A stretch of DNA of 64,000 bases from Candidatus Bathyarchaeota archaeon (GTDB lineage Archaea > Thermoproteota > Bathyarchaeia > Bathyarchaeales > Bathycorpusculaceae): NCBI GenBank assembly GCA_963811105.1, contig CAWEPZ010000013.1:32001-96000 (forward strand), given 5' to 3'. This document shows positions 10,401 to 21,606 of this stretch, piece after piece (the stretch's first letter is position 1; each line of letters opens with the position of its first letter). Under the pieces are notes generated by a model that did not search any database, was not told where the DNA came from, and saw only the letters and a program-made list of their open reading frames with translations. Both the position numbers and the translations under genes were made by a program.

Positions 10401-13113
10401 AAAACCAGAACCAGAAATTGTAACCGAAGAACCTGGATTACCTGAAGTCGGATTTAAACTAATCGCGGTATAGGTTGCGTATATACTCCATTTTTCAGAG
10501 GAAGATGTGCCGCCACTCCATGAAGAGGGAAATGAACCATACGCTTGGGTGATATATTTTCCGTCTCCGCTACTTCCAGTTGTGTAGGATGGCCCAGAAT
10601 TGACGTTGTCCCATTGCCAAGCAAGCCAATAGGTTCCAGCATTCAACGTTAGACTTGTCGGATTCCCTTGTGCAATTGCAACAGTCTTCCAGGCATTAGC
10701 TGTAGCAGCTATACTGCTACTCTGCCACTGCAACGCACTTGGACTGCCAGCACTATCACTGTAAATTGCTAGCCTAAAGTTACCTGTCGCATGTGAGTAG
10801 AAATTAAGTGATCGGACGTTAGCATGGTCTGATAGACGTTGCTTTCATGGCTTTAGCAGAGCCCTCTATTGAAACACCGACAAAATAAGCTGCAACCTCC
10901 ACATTGGAGTGACTGGCCCAGCCTGTCCCGCCAGGGTTTGGAAAGGCGTTGCCATATGTTAGGCTTTTGGTATATGTAGTGCTGCCTGTGGCAGCGCTGT
11001 ATTGCACAGCGTGGTTAGTGTTAGTATTCAGAACTATCCAGTATGTTCCAGTAGCCAAGTACGTACTTGGAATTGTTATAGTTGACCATGTATTGGCTGT
11101 TACCGTACCTTCAACTTGAGTGAACATTCTTGTGCCAGGAGACCCGCTTGAATCTGTGTAAATGGAAACTTTTACGTTTCCGGCTGCGGTTCCGTAGGTT
11201 TTAATTTGATTAACAGTGAGAGGAACCGTTGTTGTGTATTTACTGGCTGTAAGATTGCCACTGTTAAGATTTGATAATGTTGCAGTGCTAGTGTGCCCTA
11301 CGTTGGTTGTTGGGTAATTTGTTGATCCTATGCTGTTTAGTCCGAATGTGGAAATGAAGATCGGTTGAGTGAATACGTAAGTCAAACCGTCGTTTAGTTC
11401 AGCTCTAACGTAGGTTAATCCTGAAGGCAAAGCACTAAGATCAAGTGTATTACCTGTTCCAACAAGCAGTTGGCCATCACCATACCAAAGGAGAGGAGCA
11501 GATGTATCGACCGTAAGCACAGTGCCTACTTGAGTTATGCTGTTGACTACTGGGATAACTTCGCCCGTATGATCCTCAGATGTGTAAGCAATAGAAAGAA
11601 AACTTCCAGCTTGGATGCTTGATTTGATATCAGCAAGAGCTGTTGAAGGAGAGTAAATTGATAGCCACGCTCTACCTACGTCGATAGTTTCATGAGCGTC
11701 ATCTCCCACAAATCCCCAAATGTGGTTTTGTCCAACTCTATTTGGATCCGTTAATATATGATCCCACAGTTGAAAATCAAAATTCTGAAGACCATCGCCC
11801 TCAGATGGATTATATATTTCAACACCTTGGAACCCCCTCCAAGTGTCAAGCGTCGTGAGTGTATAGGCGGTAGTAGTACCTTCTATATTCCCATACCAAT
11901 ATGGGTGGTTAACGATTGGGACGGCACCTTCGCCGTTTATAGCATCAATCTCAGCCTGTGCCGTAGCGTACGTATTGCCTGTTAGCAGAGTAAGACCAAA
12001 AGGCGCATTCATGTGAGAGGCAGCCCCAGAGATGTCGCGAGATACCTCTTCATTAGGAATAGCTATCATTCCTCCAGGTGGAGAATTAATTCCGTAAGAT
12101 GACCAAGGATAAGTTAGCTTGTCATGATCGGAAAATCCAAGCGCATTAAATCCATCAGCTGCATAGGCATTTGCCATTTGTAGAGGAGTATTAAGACCAT
12201 CTGACTGCGTTGTGTGGTCGTGCAGTTCAGTCTTTAAAGTTGACCAGCTTCCCCATTGAACACTAGCATAGGGATTGTATGTTACCGTGTATGATGTGTC
12301 ACCGCTGATAGATGCACCGGCCATTTGCATTACCATAAACCAAGTCAGCCGCTGGTGTTGGATTGACCCATCGCCCGGGTCATATTCTGTAGGGCGCTCG
12401 ATAATGTCGCCGGCTATGAAGCTTGTTCCAATCATATTATGGGCCTTAAACATTGGATAAGCTACTGTGTAGTCTGTTCGGTATGCGTCGTCGAAAGCAA
12501 TTACAACGACGGCTTTTTCGCCATTGTATGCGGTGTAAGCATCTCTTAGGGGCAGTACTGACAATTGACCTGCGATTTGTTTTGTTGAAAGGTAGTCCAG
12601 TATTGCACTGAGTGTTGCAGGAGTGCAGTCGTATTCTGCGGGGGTATTAGTTATTTCGTGGGTAAATAGAGTTAATAATTTTTTACCTGCTATTGCGGCA
12701 TCTATTGTTGATTGAATTTGCGCAACAGTCTTTGTTCTATCTATGTTTAAAGCAGAAAGTTGATACCAATCTAAAACTGGATACCCTTCCATGCCGCCGT
12801 TAGCTCCAGCGGTTCTGCCGCTAAGTCGGTAATTTCTAATAGTTGAGATGACTGCAGCATTATAGTCTCCGGATGGGTATGCTAAATGTTTAGGTATCGG
12901 TAAGTTATGTGCTTGGAATGCAGTATTTTGTTGTTGCATTTGAGTTACAATTTGAGCGGTCGTCAAAGAAGTGAGGCTGTCATGGGTGTATGTGTGGTCT
13001 TCAAAGTCCCATCCTGGTGTGGTTGCAGCTTTTACCATTAAATTGAGTATTGATACACTTGACACAAGTATTATGAATATAATTGAAAAAACTGCTATCT
13101 TTCGTAGTGACAT
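7463..13113 (-). CDS. Giant (~1880 aa) secreted multidomain surface protein: permuted CE4 polysaccharide deacetylase, PHP metallohydrolase, two beta-sandwiches, Ig/PKD-like repeats, InlB-B-like repeats and a C-terminal lectin-like beta-propeller. Split into 3 ORFs by +1 indels at ~10835 and ~8696
   Basis: Removing one base at each site restores KAT-LSDHANVRSLNFYSH... and DKTF-TIAANLGYHIVDV. PHP motifs ELHDHT..SDG, SDHD, NHP, VEIYN, GDDAH. Propeller repeats LVVRGxDN...WxGWxxxxG.T...P. AGGAGA RBS. Confidence 0.8.
9370..9909 (-). repeat. Tandem 264-bp (88-aa) near-exact internal duplication encoding Ig/PKD-like domains
   Basis: PTSAILDVGQSKVFTATAAGGSG...ALSNAASVTVNVVPSVS occurs twice; the DNA copies differ at only a few positions. 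Confidence 0.95.
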
Positions 13114-13465
13114 CTAAACATTTCTCCTTTCTTATCGACTTATTTTTAACACATACTATTTTAAGATGATTCCAAAACCTGATATTTGACTTGAAAACTC
13201 TCAATTAGGAATTCGTCAAAATATTTAAAGAAAAAACTCAGGAATACTATTCCGGCTAACCCAACATAAATATCGCTTTCGCAGTCTCTAAGTTTGAGAA
13301 AATACAGGCAAAACTGGGTTACCGTCTTGTTCGGGCTTTTTCCCAGAAACCCGTACGTTCAAACAATTAGTTCAACAAGAATGCTCCAAGATTACCCTCA
13401 ATATCATCGATTTTTTGATGTGAAAAACTCACAATAGACTCGACAAATAATGACTAAAGATAACA

Positions 13466-15650
13466 TTAGTTCGAGGTTACTTGATAAATCAGTGACTCCC
13501 CATTTGAAAAAACTAAATTCTGTTTTTGAAGAAATCCGTTAACATCACTTAGATTCCAAATCCCGATTAAACTCGTCATCTCACCGTAAACGACATTCAA
13601 CCTTCTTAAGTAAATGTATGAGCCTACAGGAATCGGCTGGGTTTGATTATACATAAAATCAACTCTAGAAGAATCATCTCGATCTATACGGCCATAACTA
13701 GCTAAAACATGCATTCTTGAGTCATAATCACAAAAAATAGTGTTTGTGCTCGCATAGCTTGAAAGCCATTGTGCGCTATTTACCTCACTGTCTGTCACAT
13801 ACTTGCTGTAAAGAATTGATGGATCGCTCATGCTCTGCATCCTTTTCATGCTTAAAGCAGTCGAAAAAGGGACATCGCCAGTGGCTTCATAAACAAAGCC
13901 AATATTGAATGAGAAATAAGATATCAACACTACAGTTACAAGTATTATTGCAAACATCTCTATGTTAGCATTCTTTCGGAATCTCTTTATTATTTTCCCA
14001 GGAATTTTAAAAAGGAAAAGCCCACCTATAACAAAAAAAGGAGCCAAAACAAACAGAACAAGGTGATATATTCTTGAAACGTTTAATGCTGAGGCAAAAA
14101 AAGGCAAAACCATACTCATTAGCAACAGAGTTATGCTTGCGAAAGCAATAGGCAGATAGTTTCTTTGGAAGGGATAATTTTTGCCGATTCGTTTCCTTAA
14201 TAGTATAACAGCAAGAAAGCCAACAATAAGGAATACTTCTGCAATGTAGTTGGCATTTCTTCCTATGGCATGTCCTAATGACTCTGCAGCTCCACCTAAC
14301 CCTACGGCGTTCAGAACATCAGATTGTCGAGCGTTTGAGCTGAAAAAATCATTTATGAGAGCGTTATAGCGACTAGTGAAAAATGTTACGATGTCCTTCA
14401 AAAGTGAGGAATCGGCAGAGAAATAGGCCCAGGAAAAAATAGCTGCAAAAGTGAAACCTACGTGAAATTTTGTTATTCCTGTTTTCTTCTTCAGAAGGAC
14501 TGTAAGAATCCACGCAAATGTTAGAATATATAGGTATACGTATGATGTTGAATAATGTGAAACTGTTAATCCTAAAGTAAAAATAATGAACAATATTGCC
14601 TTAGGTCGTTTGTCTATTTTTTCATCAAGAAACAGAAATAATAGCAATACAAAAAAAAGCTCAGCGATCATTTGCCGCCCTAGTGACATAAGTTCGCGGT
14701 AGAATGTGTATAATCCCATAAAGAAGAAAACTGATAAAAAAGCAGCTTTATTTCCAATGAGGTTTTCGATAAATCTTAAAGAGAGCTAAAGGAACCAAAG
14801 AGAAAATTAGGGGATAAACTATTTTGTAAACGTATTCTCCGGACAGATTCAAGAAATTTGAAAAAATTGTTGGTAAAACTGTTATGCTTAACATAGCATT
14901 GTAATTGAAAGTATCGTTGGTAAAAGTGGGACCATTGATAGCTATGCTTTTCCAAATGGCATTTTGCTTAACAGTCATGAAAAGATAATATTCTAAATGC
15001 ATGTCATAACCGTAAATATACGGTGTTGTAAGCTCTTCATGAAACAATAAAGCTAGTCCAATTGCAAGAATCGCTATAGGATAGATTTCAAAAGGCAACT
15101 TTTTGGAAATCGAAAATAAAAAAACAATTATAGAGATTAAAATTACAAGCAACATCAACACTGAACTGTCTAGATAAAATCGTACCATCAATGCTCCAAA
15201 AATACTTAAGACAGGCAGAAGCACCAAAGCAAAGATAGTTAGGATGATTCTTCTATCAAAGGGCATTTTCCACTGAAGTGCTAAGTCGTCTCCAAAACGA
15301 AAGCAAAGGGCTAAAAGTATTGTTGAAAAAATATTCAGGGTCAGTATTAAAGATAAAGAAGAGAGTGGTTCTAAATAGCCAAAAACCGGATATACCTGAT
15401 TTATTAAGACTCCGACAAACATAAGAAAAGCTACACTAATGCCAACAGCAAGAAGAGAAAACTCAATAGAACTTAATCGCCCAAGCCTTAAAATTATGAG
15501 AATCGCTGCGCCGGGAACGAATAAAAGAAAAATGAAACCTAAAACTTGCCTAGCAATCGGTATGTCAAAAAGGATAGCGACGCACGAAAGTATTTGAATA
15601 GTTAATGCTATTCTAAGGACGGTTTTCATTGGAATTCCTTTTTGTTGCAA
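13466..15650 (-). CDS. DUF2206-type polytopic membrane protein (GT-C-like or glycan polymerase candidate); split by a +1 indel at ~14761
   Basis: Many TM helices, IYGYDMHLEYY, RQMIAELF, SHYST, LNVSRIYH; removing one base gives the continuous RKLIGNKAAFLSVFFFMGLYTFY. Confidence 0.75.
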
Positions 15651-15959
15651 GCTTATGACAGTTCGTTATACGTCTATGTCCAGACCCCCTATTAGGAATC
15701 ATTCCCCTGCCAACTATGAGCGATACATCTGAACCAGATATACAAAACTTACTTGTTACGACATAATCTTTCTTATGATAGATGAGATATGGGGGTTACC
15801 AGAAGTATGGCCCAATCTGAACTCTGCCTTTGGGTAAACTTCTAAGTCGCGGAAAATTGAGGATTATTGATTTTAACACTAAAACACTTCGTTTCTAATC
15901 ATTAGCGAAATCCTAAAAATTATTGTTATTAAGTTGATCTTTTTCCCTACATTTTCTTG

Positions 15960-16874
15960 TTAAAATTCATTTAGAGTATGTCCGTATCCTTTTCTACTAG
16001 ATTGAAGAAAGCCAGACCACCAGGCAGCGGCTTTAAAAAGGTTGAAGAATGGGAGTAGAAAAGCAATTCTCTCGTGTAAGATCTTAAACGCTACTATTGA
16101 GCGAATGGTCCCTTCTATAAAAGAAACCGGAGGAAATCTTAATCGGAAGCTAACTAAGTCCTTATTTTTATGGTTTAGGTAATGCATTCCGTATCCATAC
16201 CAGTAGTTTTGTTTCCACAATCCCTGCCACGTTTGCCTTTCCTCATGCTCAAATTCTGCTTCTCCAGCAGTTAAAGTGTAACCTGCAACTTTTATACGAC
16301 CAGTTATATCTGCGTCTTCGCCAGCTCCAACAATCGCCTCATCAAACCCGCCTACTTTCCGAATAGCATCCACTCGAATTATGCTCATGTTAGCCCGTTT
16401 AACATTCTTCTTTCTTATGATTTCGAGGTCTCGTAAGTTTGATAGGTTCTCGAGTATGGAAACCGAACTTCCATCTAGCTTCAACTTTTGTCTTCCAGAA
16501 GCTACACCTATAGATGGCTGACTATTCATTAGGTCGAATTGTTTTTGTATGTAGTCCTTTGGAAAAAACATGTCATCATCAAGCCAAACAATGAAACGAC
16601 CTCGTGCATTATCTACAATTATGTTTCTTGCTATACCCAAACCCTTTCCTTTATCAAAAAATAAGCGAAGCTGTACGTTAGACTTGGAGAAAGCAGCTTT
16701 CAGTATTGCAACTGTTCTGTCAGTGCTATTGCCGTCAACTACAATAATCTCCATGCGCTCAGATGGGAAAGTCTGTTTCAATATGCTTTCCACAGCTTTG
16801 CCAACGGTCCTTTCCCTATTCTTTACGGTCATCCCGATGGTTACTTCTATATCACCATCTTTCTTAACAGACAA
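15960..16874 (-). CDS. Glycosyltransferase family 2
   Basis: EIIVVDGNSTDRT, GLGIARN, WLDDD, VGGFDE...GEDAD. Confidence 0.9.
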   Translation of the reverse strand: MSVKKDGDIEVTIGMTVKNRERTVGKAVESILKQTFPSERMEIIVVDGNSTDRTVAILKAAFSKSNVQLRLFFDKGKGLGIARNIIVDNARGRFIVWLDDDMFFPKDYIQKQFDLMNSQPSIGVASGRQKLKLDGSSVSILENLSNLRDLEIIRKKNVKRANMSIIRVDAIRKVGGFDEAIVGAGEDADITGRIKVAGYTLTAGEAEFEHEERQTWQGLWKQNYWYGYGMHYLNHKNKDLVSFRLRFPPVSFIEGTIRSIVAFKILHERIAFLLPFFNLFKAAAWWSGFLQSSRKGYGHTLNEF

Positions 16875-16985
16875 AGATGAAGAAACAGGTACAAGTTTAC
16901 GTTTTTCTGCCAGGCAGTCTCCACCATCGTCGATCTTTTGCAGTATTTAAATTATTTAGTTCAGCCAAGAAACTTTAGCTCAGTG

Positions 16986-18248
16986 TTAAATTAAAGATAG
17001 CTTTACTGACAGCTCTTCTTTTTTAAGCAGGTATTTTTCTTCTATTAGTTTTGAATTTTCTTTCGCCTTCTGCCAAAAGCCATCATCAAAAAGTATTTTA
17101 CCGCAGTAAAGTGCATCAAGGGCTCTTAAATCCAGGTGCACGGTGCATTCCAAAAACTCCTGCTTTGTGTATCCATATGGCTCAATTCCCAAGAATAATG
17201 GAAATTCAGACAGTTTTCTGTTCCTCAATATTCTGCCTATTGGGCCTGTTGGTAAACCAGTTGCGACTACGATTATGTCAAGATCACTTTTGGCGTGTCC
17301 ACGGTTCTTTGCCCAAGAACCTAAAAGAACAATACTATGCACATTGAGCCCTCTTTGTCGTAATAGCCCAACATAATTTTTGAACACTCTGTTTAGATCC
17401 TTTTCAAACATTTCTTTATTGAATTGTGGCTTTTTGTTGACTTGTTCCTTTACTGCGAAGCGATCAATAAAAGCAGAAAGTACTTTTTTCATCAATCTCT
17501 TAGCAATCGCAACGGGTCCCTTCTTCCATTTTTTCCATCGAGCTCGGGCTTGGAGTCTATTGATTAACTGTGCGTCAATCACATGCATGGCGAATGCCGA
17601 TCTAGATACCTTAATTTCATCAAGTAGTTCTTCATGCACTATGTCAAACGAGGGTACTGAGCTGATTTCTGAAAATGCTAAATAATTTGCAAGCATTTTG
17701 TATTTCTGTCTGCGGGTTGTTAAATATTGTTTGCTAGGTATGTCCGATTTTCTTTGTAATGCTGTTTGTTCATCAGCATCAAAAAGAATAGTTATTGCCC
17801 CTGCAGGGATTAGGCTTAGAATGAGCTTTCCTACTAAACTCTGATGAAGATTTGGATTATCTACATCAACCATGAGGTCAACAAGGATGTCATGGATAAA
17901 TCTATCAGCTACAACTATGTTTCGACGCATAAATCTGGTATGAACCTTAACCGTTAGAAATAACAGAAGGTCAACAAGCTGAACCCATGGCCAAAGTAAA
18001 GAAATCGGTTTTGAGTAGTAGTAAAGATGCTCTATGCTAGCTTTTCCGTTAGGCAATTTTTTCATGGATGCGAAACCTAGTAAACGGCAAATAACCATGA
18101 AGGGCAACGAAAAGAAATACGCAGTTCTCATCCAAATATAGCTACAGTCCTCACCAGTCCTCAAATAGTCAGAAACAAGCATTTGCGCATGACGGGTCTT
18201 TCCAGAACCATCAATTCCCGTCAATATTATGATTTTCTCTAACATCAT
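16986..18248 (-). CDS. Thymidylate-kinase-like P-loop kinase fused to a minimal nucleotidyltransferase (Pol-beta family) domain
   Basis: TGIDGSGKT and IVVADRFIHD in the N-terminal half; IVLLGSWAK...SDLDIIVV...IEPYGYT in the C-terminal half. Confidence 0.75.
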   Translation of the reverse strand: MMLEKIIILTGIDGSGKTRHAQMLVSDYLRTGEDCSYIWMRTAYFFSLPFMVICRLLGFASMKKLPNGKASIEHLYYYSKPISLLWPWVQLVDLLLFLTVKVHTRFMRRNIVVADRFIHDILVDLMVDVDNPNLHQSLVGKLILSLIPAGAITILFDADEQTALQRKSDIPSKQYLTTRRQKYKMLANYLAFSEISSVPSFDIVHEELLDEIKVSRSAFAMHVIDAQLINRLQARARWKKWKKGPVAIAKRLMKKVLSAFIDRFAVKEQVNKKPQFNKEMFEKDLNRVFKNYVGLLRQRGLNVHSIVLLGSWAKNRGHAKSDLDIIVVATGLPTGPIGRILRNRKLSEFPLFLGIEPYGYTKQEFLECTVHLDLRALDALYCGKILFDDGFWQKAKENSKLIEEKYLLKKEELSVKLSLI

Positions 18249-18257
18249 TATTCTATC

Positions 18258-19479
18258 CTATTGAACCGCTTTTTCCAAAACTGATATTGTTTTCTGGGTA
18301 ACATCTGACCAAGAGGGGGTTGATTGGGCAAATTCGCGGGCATTTTCCTCAATTTTCCTTGTATAACTTTGATTTTTCAAGACTTTAAGGATAGCATTAG
18401 CCAATTCTTGGGGCTGGCTGGAATCAATTAGGATACCGCGATCTTTGCCCACTATGTCTTCGAGCGTTCTTATCCTATGTGTAACTACTACTTTACCTCG
18501 TGACATAGCCTCAAGGACTGCGAGCGGTGTTTCGCTCTGAAGAACCTTGAAAGGAAGTGCAACAACATCCGACAATTCGACGAACCTTGAAAGTTCGCTT
18601 TTAGTTAACTCACCTGAAATTATTTTTACGTTATCTTCAAGGTTTAACTTCTGAACCAGAGATATCAGTTTTCGCTCGTCTTCGATTAAATGAATATTTC
18701 TATCCTTTCTTCGTGAGAGTATAAAGCAATTAATATTTAGAATGTGTTGATCGAGAATTAGACGTAGGCTTTTGATAAGTATATCTGGTCCTCTTAGCGA
18801 GCAAGGTGAACCAAAATAGACGATTGTAAAAGAAGTATTAAGTGGATAGTTTGATTGTCCAGAACGCGTGACAATAATTTTTGAGTTTTTATATGACTCG
18901 TCTAATCCCGACGGAACTATCGTTATTTTTTTTTCCGATACGCCAATTCCTAAAAGCCAGTTCTTGAGGTAATTGCTCGGTACGATAATTCCTTTAATCA
19001 ATGATGAGTTGGTCACCATTTGTATTAAGTGTCTGGGAAAAAATGGTATTTAGAATTTCGATTCCTAAGCTATGGTTCGAATCAATTATCTCTCGAAGAG
19101 AAAGCTCCATCAAACTTTGGATGCTAGTAATGCCTGTCTCAACAAACCATATTATTGGTATATCGATAAAAGTTAATCGAGAAATTGATAAACAACTAAG
19201 TGGTTTTCCAACCCACAATATTATATCAGGTTTTATTCTGCCAAAAATTGTCGTCATTTCTCGCTTATTGAAAATCGGAAGCAACATAACATTACTTAAA
19301 CGAATGATGTCTATACCTGCTATTGTTTCGAAAAGAGGCAAATCTTTCTCGACATTTGATATTACAGTTATTTTCCATCCTTTAAGCGTCATACCCTTTG
19401 CAATCTCAAATACATGTCGCCAAGGTTGGAGATTAACGGTGGCATTACTAAAACCCAAACAAATAATTGTTACTTTCAA
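18258..19479 (-). CDS. Glycosyltransferase family 4; split by a +1 indel in a homopolymer at 19038-19043
   Basis: LQPWRHVFEIA N-terminus; SDVVALPF...ETPLAVLEAMSRGK C-terminus; removing one base joins the two ORFs (NTIFPRHLIQMVTNSS). Confidence 0.8.
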
Positions 19480-19532
19480 AAAAACGTCTTCTCCGAAAAA
19501 CCTATTTAATAATTAGACAACTTGGAAAAGTG

Positions 19533-20717
19533 TTAAAGAGCTACTTGTCTATATACTCTGATATATTCGTCTACAATATTATTCCAATTGTGATTTTGTA
19601 CAACGTGATTGTATGCATTCAGACTGATTGCGTCTCTTAATTCATCATTAGTTATGAGTGAGTTTATGTTATCAGCAAGATTTTTATGATCTTTTGTATT
19701 TGCCAACAATCCATTATACGAATTCTTGATGTATTCTCGCGCAAAAGGTAAATCAAAAGCTACGACAGGTTTTTTGCAAGCCATTGCCTCAAGTACGGAG
19801 ATGGGTTGTGCCTCTCTTAAACTTGGTAGAACCACTATATCTGCTCTAATAATCTCTGTTAGCAAGTCATGCCTGGAAACATGGCCCAGTAAATGCACTT
19901 TGCTTTCCAGACCGTAGCGAGATATGAAGGCTTTGATTCTTTTTTGCATTGGTCCTTTTCCGCACATTCTAAGTTGTAGTGTGGGATTCTCATTAAGTAG
20001 AAGTCTGAAAGCTTCTAATAGATACGGTATTCCCTTTGACCAATACCAGCGTCCGAAAAAGAGTAAAGTGGGTTCTGTAGTCTCATGCTTAATTTGCTTT
20101 CTAATTTTGTCGAATTCGCTTGTATCTATTCCATTATATATTACGGAGGCTTTCTTGATGTCTAGGTTTTTGTAAATTGTCTTTAATTCACTAAGTATTG
20201 TATGACTGCAACAAATAATATGGTTCGAATTAACTATGGACAATCGGTTGGCTGCATCGTACAGTGGATATTCAAGTACGTTGAAACCAAAGTCTTGAAG
20301 TGAGGATTGAAGGAATGGACTGTCAATAAATGCCTTCATTTCATAGCTTGTATATCCATGGTACGAAGTAATAAGAGGTTTGTTGAGCCTGAATTTTAAA
20401 TAAATGCAGAGCGGAGATGTTTCAGGAGTTACGGAGTGAATGAGAGAAAAATTGTTCATTCGACTGGAAATAGCCGACAAATTCTGTAATTGAAACCAAA
20501 CGAAACGTGGCGGAAGATTGAAAATAGGTAATCTTACAATATTTAAATAGCCGTTTATCTTTTCTGTGGCTATTTTGTTTGATTTCCCAGTAAAAACGGT
20601 TGTTTCAATTTTTCTTTTTGACAACTCGTTTGCCAAGCTATAACAGAAAGTTCCTGCTCCGCCATGAATATTTGGAGGAAACTCTTCTGAAACAAGCGCA
20701 ATACGAAGGTGCACCAA
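19533..20717 (-). CDS. Glycosyltransferase family 4
   Basis: EFPPNIHGGAG, VIYNGID, KGIPYLLEAF, ADIVVLPSLREAQPISVLEAMA. Confidence 0.92.
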   Translation of the reverse strand: MVHLRIALVSEEFPPNIHGGAGTFCYSLANELSKRKIETTVFTGKSNKIATEKINGYLNIVRLPIFNLPPRFVWFQLQNLSAISSRMNNFSLIHSVTPETSPLCIYLKFRLNKPLITSYHGYTSYEMKAFIDSPFLQSSLQDFGFNVLEYPLYDAANRLSIVNSNHIICCSHTILSELKTIYKNLDIKKASVIYNGIDTSEFDKIRKQIKHETTEPTLLFFGRWYWSKGIPYLLEAFRLLLNENPTLQLRMCGKGPMQKRIKAFISRYGLESKVHLLGHVSRHDLLTEIIRADIVVLPSLREAQPISVLEAMACKKPVVAFDLPFAREYIKNSYNGLLANTKDHKNLADNINSLITNDELRDAISLNAYNHVVQNHNWNNIVDEYIRVYRQVAL

Positions 20718-20732
20718 GTTTATTCAGCTCTA

Positions 20733-21503
20733 TCATTTCAAGTAATCTGTATTCCAGATGCCGCTTTTGTCTCCGCGTAAATAATCCATTAAACCAAGGA
20801 GAATTCCTCTCATCCAAAAGTAACCTCTCTTGCCCAAAACAAGAAGGATAGGAGATGCTAAAGGTAACGCAGTATAGAACAGCCTAATAATAACCGGTGG
20901 GTTACTGAACTTTAGTGCTTGATAGATTCCAGTCACAGTTTTTCTCTTATAAGGTTCTTCCTTTTCTGCGGTCTTGGTTCTCTCAGTTTCTGCGAAGCAC
21001 TTTTCACAGAAAACTACTTTATGTCCAGCTTCTAGAACCTTGAAAAGGATAAGAGTGTCTTCAGCCTTGCAGGGTTTAATCGGAACAATATTTGCAAGCA
21101 CGTCTTTACGGACGAGCATAAGTTCACCGCTTCCTGCAGCAGGAATTAATCTTCTAATCGGATTGAATATTTGGAAAAAGAGTTTTTGTGGTCCTTCATT
21201 AACTAGTTCTGTTCCAAAGACTAAACCAATCTTTTTATCGTTGAAATAATTTAACGCTAGTTCAAAATTATGAATTCGTGTGTCAACATCATTCATAACA
21301 ATTATGTCTACATTAGATGGTATTTGCTTTACACCAAAGTTTATTGCATCAAACTTTCCTTTTGCAGGATGGTAGATAACATTCGGATGTTCAATTCTTT
21401 GCCCACAGACGATTTTATAGGGAAAACCAAGTTCTTCTAGCTCTTCTATCTTATCATAAACATAAGCCCCATCCCGAGCTAAAACCAGAAAAAAAAAATT
21501 CAT
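20733..21503 (-). CDS. GT-A fold (GT2-like) glycosyltransferase
   Basis: KGKFDAINFG, MNDVD (DxD), AEDT; position in the glycosylation cluster. Confidence 0.7.
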   Translation of the reverse strand: MNFFFLVLARDGAYVYDKIEELEELGFPYKIVCGQRIEHPNVIYHPAKGKFDAINFGVKQIPSNVDIIVMNDVDTRIHNFELALNYFNDKKIGLVFGTELVNEGPQKLFFQIFNPIRRLIPAAGSGELMLVRKDVLANIVPIKPCKAEDTLILFKVLEAGHKVVFCEKCFAETERTKTAEKEEPYKRKTVTGIYQALKFSNPPVIIRLFYTALPLASPILLVLGKRGYFWMRGILLGLMDYLRGDKSGIWNTDYLK

Positions 21504-21606
21504 AAATGAACTTCCTTGTAACCAAGCATTTGAGCTATTATTGCTTCATCTTTCGTTTGTGGATCACTAATCGAGCAAACATAAGCAGCCTACAAGGGGG
21601 GATATT

